Assembly: GCA_002269645.1 (NCBI GenBank)
Contig: NIVC01003300.1
Coordinates: 1 to 64,000, forward strand
Origin: Macrostomum lignano
Lineage: Eukaryota
DNA length: 64,000 nt
Direction of reading: 5' to 3'
Below the pieces are notes generated by a model that was given only the letters and a program-made list of their open reading frames with translations, had not been told where the DNA came from and made no database searches. Position 1 is the stretch's first letter, and every line of letters begins with the position of its first letter. The position numbers and the translations under genes were made by a program. Below are positions 38,846-50,627 of the stretch, piece after piece.

Positions 38846-40354
38846 ACTAGAGGAACTAGCAAAAGTAGAAACTAAAAAGGTTTGTCACAGGTGCCATTTT
38901 ATAAAATTTAGATGTAAACTTTATAGTAAACTTTACTTTATTAGTAAACTTTAGGCCTACCTTCAGTAAAACTTTAGTAATGCTTTAGCAAACACATTTT
39001 GGTTTGTTTATTTGAAATTTAATATCAAAATAATTTAATGTGAGAAACTAAGATATTGTCTAGCATTAATAAAAATGTAAAGTACTCATCATAAAGATTA
39101 GCATGATCTGAAATTAGCTAATATAGCATGGTATTTAATCTCTTAGCTCGTATAACTAACTTAAAAAAGGGAATGAGATTCTTACTTGGCCAAAAAAGAA
39201 CTAAATATTTAGATAAAAGGGTGTTCTTTTGTTATGTGATCTTTTCTATTGCACTGTTTTGTTATATAATCCTTTTCCAATTGGGCTATTTACTGCTATT
39301 GATTTATTATATAAAATCCCTAGCAAAAAGTCTAAAGGGGATTGTATAACAAAATTATACGATTATAATAATGAATCAACAGCAATGCACAGCACAAGTA
39401 AAAATGGATTGTATAATGATATAATGCTAATATGAGTCTTCAAAAATCAAAATAAAGAAAAAATAGAGATAGATAAAGAGAAAAATCCAAAATTCATTAG
39501 AAAAAAGAATAAAAGAGACTATAGGCACCCTGTATATAATAAAATAAGCTATATTTATTATAGAATTATAGGGATAAATAAGCCTTGTTAGACTAGAGAA
39601 CAATTAAATATAAGTTTTAGTCTGAATCAGCAATCAGCTTTGTTGCTATAATTTATACTAAATTTCTATTAGAATTATCAGCAATTTATTCAAACAAAAA
39701 TCTAATTTTTAGTGTATAATATAAACATTATATCAAAAAAAAAACAATGTGGTTTTTTCCATTGTTAAGAAAGTTGAAAGTTGTTAACAATATATTCCAT
39801 CTGTAGTAGGGCATTATTTTAGGAATGGGAAATTTTGCAGGTTCAAATATGCTTTTACCCTACTATCAGTAGTTTCAACCCGGGGAAATAATTAGCGCGG
39901 GGGTAAGTGGATAAAATTGGGGTTCCTTTAGAACTACAGAGCAGTTGGGCTCTTGGGAAAGAAAAACCTGTTTGTTGGAGTGTCTTCTCCTGTCCTCGAA
40001 CTTGAATTTCGCAAGGAAAGTGGTAAGAAGGGGAAATAAAAGAAATATAATTTAGGCTTGCACAGAGGAGTCTTGCCTCTAATTCTATAACTGGGAGTCT
40101 TGCCCAAGCACTATAGCGGGAATAAGGAAATAGGGAATTAATGTAAAAAGCAAACTAACTTTTGTACCATAATTCACTTCTTTGTTAAAACTTTTTGTGT
40201 TAACTAACTTATCGGTGTCCTGACTCAGTTCTTTAAAACTAAAGCTAGAATTAGGGAACAGCAGGAACCTGGTGGCAGCGATTCTACCAAATCTCAAATC
40301 AGTACAGCAGATAATAATCCACTCATAATCCTTAGCAAATAAGAAACCAGTAGC

Positions 40355-41403
40355 TTAGCCGCGGTTACACGCCCATACCACATCATTAAGAAAGTTCTCA
40401 TGTTTTCTATAACTTTTTTCCAAACTGAGTTTTTTTGAAATATAGAAGTACTTTAAGAAACAAAGTACTTCATTGAGCCTATTATCTAGGGCTTCCTTAT
40501 CAGTGAAAGTTTTGCTCTTTAAGGCATTGGTCAAGGCCAAGAAAAGATAGTAGTTGCCAAGTGCTAGGTTGGGGAAATATGTAGGATGAGGCACCAGTTT
40601 CCAGCCAAGGTCCAGTAACTTTTGGCAAATCACCTTGGTTGTGATTTGAAGGGGTGGGCATTATTGTGCAGGAATTGGACTAGGCCATGATTTGGTTGCT
40701 TCTATGCAATGGTGGCAGCCAATCTATCCAGTTGTTGATAGTATAGGTTGGCCATAATCAATGCATTGGGTAGTAGCACTTCATAGAGGATCACACCTTT
40801 ATAGTCCCACCAAACATACAGCATCACCTTGCAAAGGTGGAGTCCAGCTTTAGGCTGTGGCTCAGGGGTCACGTCAGCATCCAACTACAACTATTGATGC
40901 TTGATGTTCATATATAAGTACCATTTTTTATTGCCAGTAACAATTGACTTCAGGCAATTATGCAGGAGAGTAGTGGCCACCTCTGCCCTACATTTGCAGT
41001 CCCAGTTAGACAATTCACATGCTTGGGTGCAACCTAGGGATTCACCCGGCCGTTTCTATTGGCAACACACACATGTAAGTCGCTATTGGACAGAATAGTA
41101 GTCACGTGACTTCTCTCAGCCAATAGCGACTTACATGTGTGTGTTGCCAATAGAAATGGCCGAGTGATTCCCAAGGTTGCGCATGTATGACAATTCATGG
41201 GGTACTTATTAAGTCAACTTGTGCACTTTTTTCACTTGATGCAAGTGAGTGGCAATAGTTTGATGGTCTATCCCAAAGACTTGTGCCAACTCACATTTGG
41301 TTTGTTGGGGATCAGCTTTAATGAGTGTGTACAGATAGTTATTCTTTAGAAACATTTTTTTAGAAAATGTTGTATTTGAAAGTAGGTCCCTATGGTAATT
41401 CAT
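40355..41403 (-). mobile_element. Decayed mariner transposase
   Basis: HTH ADPQQTKCELAQVFGIDHQTI; *VPHEL; IVTGNKKW; PKAGLH..KVMLYVWWDYKGV; LHNNAHP; PHPTYFPNLALGNYYLF. These are mariner WVPHEL / D,D34D / YSPDL motifs with substitutions. Termini not located. Confidence 0.9.
41018..41188. mobile_element. Foldback MITE (171 bp) with 9-bp TSD, possibly Mutator-type
   Basis: Inverted arms of about 60 bp around AGTCACGTGACT; TSD GACAATTCA at 41009-41017 and 41189-41197. Interrupts the mariner ORF just after VPHEL. Confidence 0.85.
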
Positions 41404-43771
41404 TTAAACATATATACTATTAGAAATGTTTTAAATAGTATAAATATTTTTTTTTCAATTGTTTAAAACCATACTAAAAGGCCTATAAATATATAAGCAG
41501 CTAGCAAGAAAAGAATCAACTTGTTACTTGGTCCAGTAGCTATGAATTGGAATTTGAATCATTTAAAATCTAAAGCATTATTACTGACTTAGTTATTTGG
41601 AAGCTTTAAAAGCCCCAAGATTGGGAGAACTGACTCCATTCTTAGAGAATGAGACATCTAGATTTAGAATATAAGAAATCACCTTAGAAGGAAGAAATCC
41701 TACCATAGCCCATAGGGTAGAATAGTCTGGACTCGGTCTAAGAAACCTACCTCAGGGTAAGAATACCCAATAAATAAGCTGTGACCCTCTGATCCTGGGA
41801 ATGCCTACGACTAAGAGAAAACCTTTAGAGGAATAGAATAGGATATTTATAAGAAAAGAGTAGACAAGTACTATAAGACCACTTAGGCTAGAAGTAAAGT
41901 ACATATATATACATGTAGATAAATTTATGCACTACCAATAAAAGTATATAATGGTAAGATCATTTCAGAAGATAGAAATTATCCCTATTACAACTTTTGG
42001 TATCAGTAGCAGAATAGTTTAGATAGACTGTCACTGGATCATCTTGTTGCCAGATTGTCTAGAAGCCAAGAAGCAGAGCAGCACCCCTACCACAAATTTT
42101 CTATAAAGTTCTAGATTTGAATTTTCTAGAAACCGCGAGAAATCTTGACAACAGAATGTAAGTACTGGAAACCTGAAATTCATAAGAAAATCTTAGACTT
42201 AGGTTGAGCCTGAGGGTGAGTTAGGACCCAAAGTAGGGCAAAGATAAAAATAACAAAATAGGGACTTCTTGAACTTTAATTATACTTAAGTAAGTGGTTT
42301 AGTGGTGCAAAAAGATCAAGAATTAATATACTTAAAACTCTTCTACTGCATCTAGATTACTAGACATTATAATCGATTGAAGACTAGATAGGCCTACATA
42401 AAATCAATCTCCATGAAGAATCTTGTCACACTAAAATCCCTACCCGATGCTCTATTTGTTCAACGAAAATAGATTATATAAATGATGAAGAAAACTTAGA
42501 CGAAAGATATAAAATGTTTTCTGTAGTTCTAGAGCTGCAGAGCACCTCCATTTAGAATACTTAACTTCCAGCCAGCATTCTCGGAAATTCCATTGATTTA
42601 AATGGTTCACTAAATAAAAGCTAAGACATGATAATATTTTCTACACTCTTTAGACTCTAATTTTATACACATATTGATTTTTAAAAATAGCAAATGTTAT
42701 TTTATTCATTTTGTACATATTTTTTTAGATTTATCACACGGAAATACACATTCCTGTAAAGTTGTAAACCACACCTTTCTTCGCAGCAATTCAATTTCCA
42801 TCAATTTAGTCGATTTTCCTGTTTTGATCTCCTCAAGTCGTCGAGATGCTTCCTTATCTGCTATAAGCCAGATATTTTCTGTTGTTTTCCTTATTTGGAA
42901 TTCTGTAATATTTTTTCTTACTTCCTCGTTCCTTATTTTCTATGAATAGTCCTGTGATGCCTTTATGCTCAAGACTGCTAGTGTTTCCTGGTTCCTGAAG
43001 GAGACTATTATCTCCTATATTTGTGGCCTAATTATATTCAATGCAAGCTGTGGTTTAAAAAAAGATTATTAAATATTATCAAATAAAAACTATTAGTAGG
43101 TTTTTATTTTTAAAAAATGTTTTTATATTCCTTAATTACTATTAATAATATTATTATGTGAAAAATCCAAATACTTTAATAACTTTATTGGTGTATGTTT
43201 TCAATAAAAAGACTTGTTCTTGCTAAAAAAATTAGTAATTGTTGCAAATTATATGTATAAAAATCTAATCTAGTTCTATGAAATATTTTATATATTGATT
43301 ATGCGTAAGACTTAATCAAGTAATAAAAAATAGATTTTTGTTTTATTATATCATAGTTTAATTTACAAAACCTTTAAATCTTTATATTAGGTAAATTGTA
43401 AAGCCTACTTCAATAATTTTTGCCTAATTTTGTTTTTAAGCAAAAGTTGGCAAGCATATTTATAATCAAAAGTAAGTTAATATGCCAAATATAGTATGTT
43501 TATATATAATTAACATATTTTTTTCCTAAAGTGCTAAACTAACTATATTATACCAGATCAATAAACATAAAAGCTTGAGAATTATAGTTATTAAAAAGTG
43601 AAAGTATATAAGATGTGAATCAGGAAAAGAAGTGTCATTTGTAAATAGATTTCAAATCTTTAAAGCCAAAACTGTTATCAAATTTTCCCCTTCAGAGCTT
43701 GCAGACAGTCATAGGAGACTAACTATTTGCTAGATAACAAACAAGTCTAAAAAAACAACAGTTCAAGCTTA

Positions 43772-46700
43772 ATGGCGGACTTGGACACAGACAGTTCGAG
43801 CTCGGGTGGCTGGTCCAACTCTGGTGGTGAGGCTGAAGCGCCGGCGGCTGCTGCGGCAGAGGCTGCGGTTGCAGTGGCGGTGGCGACTGCGGCGGCGGAG
43901 TCGGCCAGCAGCTCCTCCAATGCCGACCCAGAAGAGGCTTTGGCAGTGGCGGCGGCTGCTGAATCTGAGGCGGACAGCAGCGAAGAGGACGAAGGCAACC
44001 CGTTCGACGCGATTCGCGAAGGCCTGGACCGGCTGGCCGGCAGCGAGGCAGAGCGCCAATTCGTGGCCGACTTCGTCTCCAGCGACGCTGTGGCGCTGCT
44101 GTGCGACCTGACGGAGTTCCTGGACACCGAGCTGCAGACATTCCGGCTAAGCGACCAGTTCAAGGCCAGCGTGGCCGGCCTGTCCGAGCTGGTGGCCGAA
44201 GCCATAGAGTCCATCGATGCTGAACGGCTGTCTGGCGAGTTTCAGGTGAGCGTTGAATGATTAGTCAAGGCAGCAGTTTTTATATTTGTCCTCCAATTTC
44301 CCAATTTTGCTGCTCGGCCTCGAAAAAATTTGACGCAAAAGTTTTTTGCCCTTAAAATGAAACTTCAAAAACAAAATTATTTTTAAAGAGCAGATTTTTT
44401 TCTTCAAAATAAGACAATTGGCAATAAAATCTGTTAGTTACATAATCTGGGATCTCGGGATCTAGAGCCATAGCATCCGGGATTGGGGATTTAGAGTCAT
44501 AGCATCCGGGATCTTGGGGATTTAGAGTCACAGCATCCGGGATCTGGGATCTAGAGTCATAGCATCCGGGATCTGGGGATCTAGAGTCATAGCATCCGGG
44601 ATCTGGGGATTTAGAGTAATAGCATCCAGGATCTGGGAATCTAGAGTCATAGCATCCGGGATCTGGGGATCTAGAGTCATAGCATCCGGGATCTGGGGAT
44701 TTAGAGTCATAGCATCCAGGATCTGGGGATCTAGAGTCATAGCATCCGGGATCTGGGGATCTAGAGTCATAGCATCCGGGATTTAGGGATTTGGAGCCAT
44801 TGCATCCGGGATCTGGGGATCTAGAGCCATAGCATCCGGGATCTGGAGATTTTGAGCCATATCATCATAAATCTGGTAACTGAAATGATTCTCACCTGTC
44901 ATTACTCGCCATCAACCCGCACTCGCAGCCGGACGTCTCTGAGCTGACGAGCCTGCTATCCTCGATGAAGCTGTCCAGCTTCCTAGCCAGCATGGCCGAG
45001 GTCGCCAAAGGCGAGTACGAGCCGGAGCTTGGCGAGCTGCCAGAAGATTTCTTCGATGAGTACAGCTCGGGCAGCGAGGACAGCAACTCGGTGGATTCAT
45101 CCGACAGGGAAAGTGAGTCGTCGGTTAAGAGGGGGGAGTACTTGACTTACTTGACTTGACTTAGCTGCAGGGTGGTCCGTAGACACAGCGGGGAGGCAAG
45201 GGTTACCCGATCCGCTAGCCCCTGAAGGCCCTCAAACAGGCAGAGGCGTGGGGCCAGTCAAGGCGGTCCGCCAGTCCAGCGTTATCTTCTGTAGGGAAGA
45301 AAGAGGCTCGTCTTGTCGCCCGGAGGAGCCGGATGAGCCGTGGGATGCTGTCGGGCTGGCAGACCTCGTCAATAGACGGGTTCGGCCCGATGTAGCGTAG
45401 CCGGTCTCTGGTAAAGAAAGGGCAGTGACAGACAAAGTGCTGAGCATCTTTATTGTTCGCAAAAGGGCAAAGTTCACTCTCGAGGTCGCCTGGGAGGAAG
45501 CAGTGCTGTGAAGTGTTTGTTTGTCTTTAGCTTTTAGCGGAGGGGTGTTTTCAAAAGTGCGGAAGACGGGTGGCGGGCTACCAAACGACTCTCCTTTCTT
45601 TAAACACGAATTGATTCTCCACAAAGGCTTCCGCGTCCCTTCGAACTCCGCGGCCGCCGCCTCCGCCGCCTCACCCCTGGTCGCCGGGGGCGTCAACGGC
45701 GACGCTCCGGACACGACGCGGTCGCGACCGAGCGGCAAGCAGGTCAGCTACATCGGCCTGCCGCCTGAGCAGCCGCAGCCGCCGCCTCAGCAACGGCATT
45801 CCTCTGTGCAATTGCGCAACCCCAGCGGCTTAGGCGGAGCCTCGAACTCTGCCTATCGGCATAGCAACCTGGTGGAACGCCAGGTGTCAATCAATAAGGA
45901 TCCCAGCGAGCCGCTCGGCTTCACCGTGGCCAGAGAATACGTGGCCCAGTACGACAAGCAGATGATCATGGTTGAGCGGGTCATGATGGACGGCCCCATC
46001 GATAGGGAGGGCGTGTTTCAGGTGAGTCTCGGCTCGCTCGACAAACCCGAATGTTCACAGATTAACACAAGCATTGTTTAAAAACCCAAACCTTTAAAAT
46101 CCGAGTGTTTACGAACCCAGAATATTCACAACTTTTAATGTTCACAAACCTAACACTATAGTCCACATCCCTAAATCTTCACAAACCTGAATTTCCACAT
46201 CCCCAAATCTTCACAAACCTGAATTTTCACATCCCCAAATCTTCACAAACCTGAACGTTCACATCCCCATGTCTTCACAAACCTGAATGTTTACATCCCC
46301 AAATGTTCATAAACCTGAATGTTCATATGCCAGAATGTTCACAAACCTGACCTTTCACATCCCCAAGTCTTCACAAACCTGAATGTTTACATCCCCAAGT
46401 CTTCACAAACCTGAACGTTCACATGCCCAAATCTTCAAAAATCGGCAACTTTTCGAACCGCAGGTGGGCGACCTGATCACAGAGATCAATGAGCAGCCGC
46501 TGGAGTCGCCAGAAGCTCTTCAACGAATGCTTCGCCAGCTGTCGGGCAACGTGACCTTCACTGTCCTCACTCCAGCCTTTAAAAGTGTGCGATCTGACCA
46601 CAGCACCGTGTACCTTCGAGCCTGCTTCGAGTACCGGCCGGACTTTGACACCCTGCTGCCCACCCGGGATCTGGGACTCCGCTTCGTCTGCGGCGACATC

Positions 46701-48779
46701 CTGCAGGTGGTGAACCAGGAGGACCCGAACTACTGGCAGGCGCGGCTGGTTGGCAAGCCCGGCAAGACCAAGCTGATCCCCTCGCAGCAGCTCGAGGAGA
46801 AGCGCAAGGCATTCATCCCCGTGCGCAAGGATGCGCAGGCCCGGCAGGCCAGTGGTGAGCGAGGAATTTGGGAGGGAGTGGCTGAGCACACTGTATTAGT
46901 AATTTAGCTTTGAAGTTGTTATACCCATATATATTAAATTATTTGTCCTATTTTAATCTTGAATAAATTATTCCATTTTTAAGTTGCAAAGACGTAAACT
47001 TTACATAGATTTAACCTTGATTTTCTGTTATTGCTTTGCTATCTACTATGAGTAGCCCGTTGAAAATGTTACCGTGACAAAAATCGCTAAAAAGTCATTG
47101 CAAACAACGCACGAGTGACTCTCTAGCGATTCTAGAGCGACTCTTGTAACCGTTTAGCGACTCCAAAAAAAACGATTGTAATACACTGGAAAGGCGAATC
47201 GAGTTGTATAAAGTCGTCAAAGAGTCTTCATGTTAGCGCTGAACTCTCTACTAACTCAAGTAGACTAAATAGAGTTGCTGTAAAAGCAAAATGCGATTCT
47301 AATGCACAAAGTGACTCCAGCACGCCTAGCTTAGCTAATTTTTTTATTTCCCACTTATATTTATTCATGGCACCTGATTATAGCGCACCTATTATATTAT
47401 CAGCTCAGCTAATTCGCTTGGCAACGCACTAATACGCACGGCCGCCCCCCCTCTCTCTTCCTCGTCAATCCCCCTGCCCGAATCCAGCGGCCTCCTGCGC
47501 CCCACTTGCAGCTGGCAAGCAGCCGGGCAAGGGCAGAGTGAAGAAGACCATCTTCAGCGCCGAGACTGCAGCCGAGTTCGACCGGGCGGAGATCTGGACC
47601 TACGAGGAGGTGGTGATGTGCCCGCCGGAGCCGCTCACCTGCCTGGTGCTGGTCGGGCCGCCCGGCATCGGCCGGCGCACGGTGAAGAAGTGGCTGTGCC
47701 AGCGCCTGCCAGACAGGTTCGCCGAGGTCAAGCCGGTCAGCAGCAACTCCAGAAGGCGAGACGGCGCCGCCCATGCCAGCAAGGAGGCCATGCGGAAGGC
47801 CATCGCCGCCGGCGAGTTCCTGGAATACGGCGACTTCCAAGGCGAGCTAATCGGAGTCCGACTGGCCGACATTGAGGCCGTGTCGCGGCCGCGGTTGCAG
47901 GAGGACGACGGTGAGGAGGAGCGGCTGACGGCGGTGGTGGACTGCCTGTGCCCGTCCATCAAGCTGCTGCGCAGCGGCCGCTTCAAGCCCTACGTGGTGT
48001 TCATGGCCGCGCCAGCCGTGGAGATCCAGCAGGTGCGTGGGCGGTTTTATATTTGAATTCTGAGACTTGTCATCGCGTTCTAAGAATTCGCCTTCTGATA
48101 GAATGGAACTGCTAGCCATTTAAATATTGGGTTTTAAGTTATTCTTGCATTTTTTCTTTCTTAAGTAATCGGGCTTCAAATCCCCCTGTAAAGATTTTAT
48201 TCGAATCCTAAAGTTTATAATCGGCCTTCAAATTCTTAAAATCTGTCTTAGAATTTTTAATCAAGACTTAATCAAGAATCGGCCTTCAAATCTTGTGTCA
48301 AGAATCGGCTTTCAAATCTTTAGTGAAGAATCGGCCTTTAAGTCCTTAATCAAGAATCGGCCTTTAAAAATTTAGTTAATAATCGGCCTTCAAATATTTA
48401 GTCAAGAATCGGCCTTCAAATCTTCAGTCAAAAATCGGCCTTCAAATCCTGATTCAAACAGCTGTTCTATACTCAGTTAGAATCGGCATTCCCCATGACT
48501 GTGACTTTTAATGCATCCCCCTTGCAGGTGCTGCAGGACAAGGGCCGATCGCAGGGCGTCCTGAGCCGCACGCGGACCCAAGAGGAGATGCAGCGCGCGG
48601 TGAACAAGAGCATCCGGATGGAGCGGCTGTACCGTCCCCTGTTCGACCTGGCCGTTCTGTGCGACAACTTGGAGTCGGTCTATCAGAAAATTGTCACCTG
48701 TGTTGAATCTGTGGAGGCCAACGGCAGGTGGCTGCCCGCCAGTTGGGTGAACGACATGGAGGACCAGCCCACTGCTTGA
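43772..48779 (+). CDS. MAGUK p55-subfamily (MPP/PALS-like) scaffold: L27-PDZ-SH3-GK, about 738 aa, 6 exons
   Basis: Exons 43772-44245, 44929-45112, 45627-46021, 46464-46854, 47512-48032 and 48528-48779; all introns GT-AG with phases 0,1,0,1,0. L27 ELTSLLSS..LSSFLASMAEVAKGEYEP; PDZ KDPSEPLGFTV..GDLITEIN; SH3 YLRACFEY..DILQVVNQEDPNYWQAR..LIPSQQLEEKR; GK LVLVGPPGIGRRTV..FLEYG; C-terminal WLPASWV. Exact orthologue not assignable. Confidence 0.88.
44445..44870. repeat. 30-bp minisatellite in MAGUK intron 1
   Basis: Unit GCATCCGGGATCTGGGGATCTAGAGTCATA, about 14 copies. Confidence 0.95.
46115..46440. repeat. 32-bp minisatellite in MAGUK intron 3
   Basis: TTCACAAACCTGAATTTCCACATCCCCAAATC; starts at 46178, 46210 and 46242. 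Confidence 0.9.
48160..48450. repeat. 26-bp diverged minisatellite in MAGUK intron 5
   Basis: AATCGGC cores at 48303, 48329, 48355, 48381, 48407 and 48433. Confidence 0.85.
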
Positions 48780-49446
48780 ATGTGGCAACCACTGGTTAGT
48801 AACCGTGATGTTTACGTTAGTTACCTTGTTTTTTATCGAACGATTCAGCCGATTCCAATGACGTGTTTCAATATATTCGCTTTGCATCTACTTAGAGTAG
48901 GCAGTACCGAGTTTCTTTAGCTTTATATTTATCATGTTGTAGCAACACGCTTGGTCTGTTTGATTCCGCGCTTAAAATGATTAATTCGAAATGAATGCGA
49001 CTGCAGTCAGCAGAGTTCTGTTGCTCAAATTTTAAATTAATTTGATTTCTCAACTGACGCCGTGTTCTATCAATAATAATGTGTCATTTATCTGACATAT
49101 GGCCGCTAATTGATCCACCTTTTATCCTTATCTAATCTTCCAGACTGTTGTTACTGACTTTTAACGTTGTTTTTTACTAATAATTGATTAGGCGTTACAA
49201 TTATTTTCACCGATTTACTTTTTCTGTACTAACTGGTTGAGTAGGCTTCGAGTTTTAGTTCTGTTTTATTTACTTATTAACTCATGCCGCTTTTTTATCT
49301 TGCTGTGATGCTAGCGTTTAATCCGTTTAGTTTGTTTTGTTTTATTGACACTGGCTTCTCTTGGTTTCACTATGATATAACTGCCCGCTCATTATCAGGT
49401 GTAATCGGGAGCTTCACGTGCTCCTCAAGGGTGTTAAAAAATTCTT

Positions 49447-49923
49447 TTAATTGGCGCCGCTTTAAGGGTTTAATTGGCGCCGCTGTAAGGGTTTAATTGG
49501 CGCCACTTTAAGGGTTTAATTGGCGCCGCTGTAAGGGTTTAATTGGCGCCGCTGTAAGGGTTTCATTGGCGCCGCTGTAAGGGTTTCATTGGCACCGCTG
49601 TAAGTGTCTAATTAGCGTAGCGCCGCTCTAAGGGTTTAATTGGCGCCGCTGTAAGTGTTTAATTAGCGCCGCTCTAAGGGTTTAATTGGCGCCGCTGTAA
49701 GTGTTTAATTGGCGCCGCTTTAAGGGTTTAATTGGCGCCGCTGTAAGGGTTTAGTTGGCGCCGCTGTAAGAGTTTAATTGGCGCCGCTGTAAGTGTTTAA
49801 TTGGCGCCGCTTTAAGGGTTTAATTGGCGCCGCTGTAAGGGTTTAGTTGGCGCCGCTGTAAGAGTTTAATTGGCACCGCTGTAAGTGTCTTATTAGCGCC
49901 GCTGTAAGGGTTTAATTGGCGCC
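49447..49923. repeat. 23-bp minisatellite TAATTGGCGCCGCTGTAAGGGTT
   Basis: About 20 units. Confidence 0.95.
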
Positions 49924-50627
49924 AAAGTTTCGGATAAGCCAGAATAAGCTCTCAGGCACATTTGAGGGCCTGAGAGTTCTCTCTGTTATAAGTCCTTTGT
50001 TCATCTTTGGTCAGCAGGTAGAATTCCACTGTCTCTAATTAATTAATTGACCCATTCCGACACATTCCATAAATTTGTACGCTTTTTCATTTTGCCTTAA
50101 TTGCTGATTTATTATTCTTATTTGTGTGTGACGTTTTTATTAAATATAAGTTTTCGTTTGCATGACCCCACACCTGCTTTTGCAGTATTTTTCATTATAT
50201 TATCATTGCCCTAAATTATATTAACATTAAACTGCCTGCTTAATATATAATAACTACCTGTAAATACCTGTAACGATACGCATCGCGCGAACCGGTTTTG
50301 CGGTGAAACTAAAATATTTTGTACTTTAATTTCGACTTTTTTCTTTGTGGCTTCTCATCAACAATGCGAGACGATTCACGAGCTACTTTTTACTGTACTA
50401 TATATAGCGAACTGTAAACTTTTAACTAGTTTCTATGTCACCTTTGTAGCATTCCTATTGTGCTTACGTACTCGTATATTGATTTTAGTACTGTCAGCTC
50501 CATCAATTGTATTCTCGAGGTCAAAATACAGGAACTGCTGCGATGTATTTAGGTATTCATTATTAAGATATTAAGATGCTTTCGGTTGATGAAATTTCTT
50601 GTACTAGCTTGCCGCGGCTAATGGTGA

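Larger units (their letters stand above)
36935..39532 (-). mobile_element. Decayed hAT-like DNA transposon hosting nested insertions
   Basis: Ends TAGGGTGACTAT / ATAGGCACCCTG (inverted, 2 mismatches), with TATATA on both sides. Minus-strand relic at about 37680-37150 reads IDNFYS*LF..LAKPI*IILVLSIGQALVES-fs-VNKNLIVENLSKLNLIA*RIIYKAI*. Family assignment is from recalled motif similarity. Confidence 0.55.

Noticed and set aside
45172-45410. Extra acceptor-like sites and the peptide EERGSSCRPEEPDEPWDAVG in MAGUK intron 2
   Set aside because: No donor gives a phase compatible with both flanking exons, and the 45112-45627 join is already in frame.
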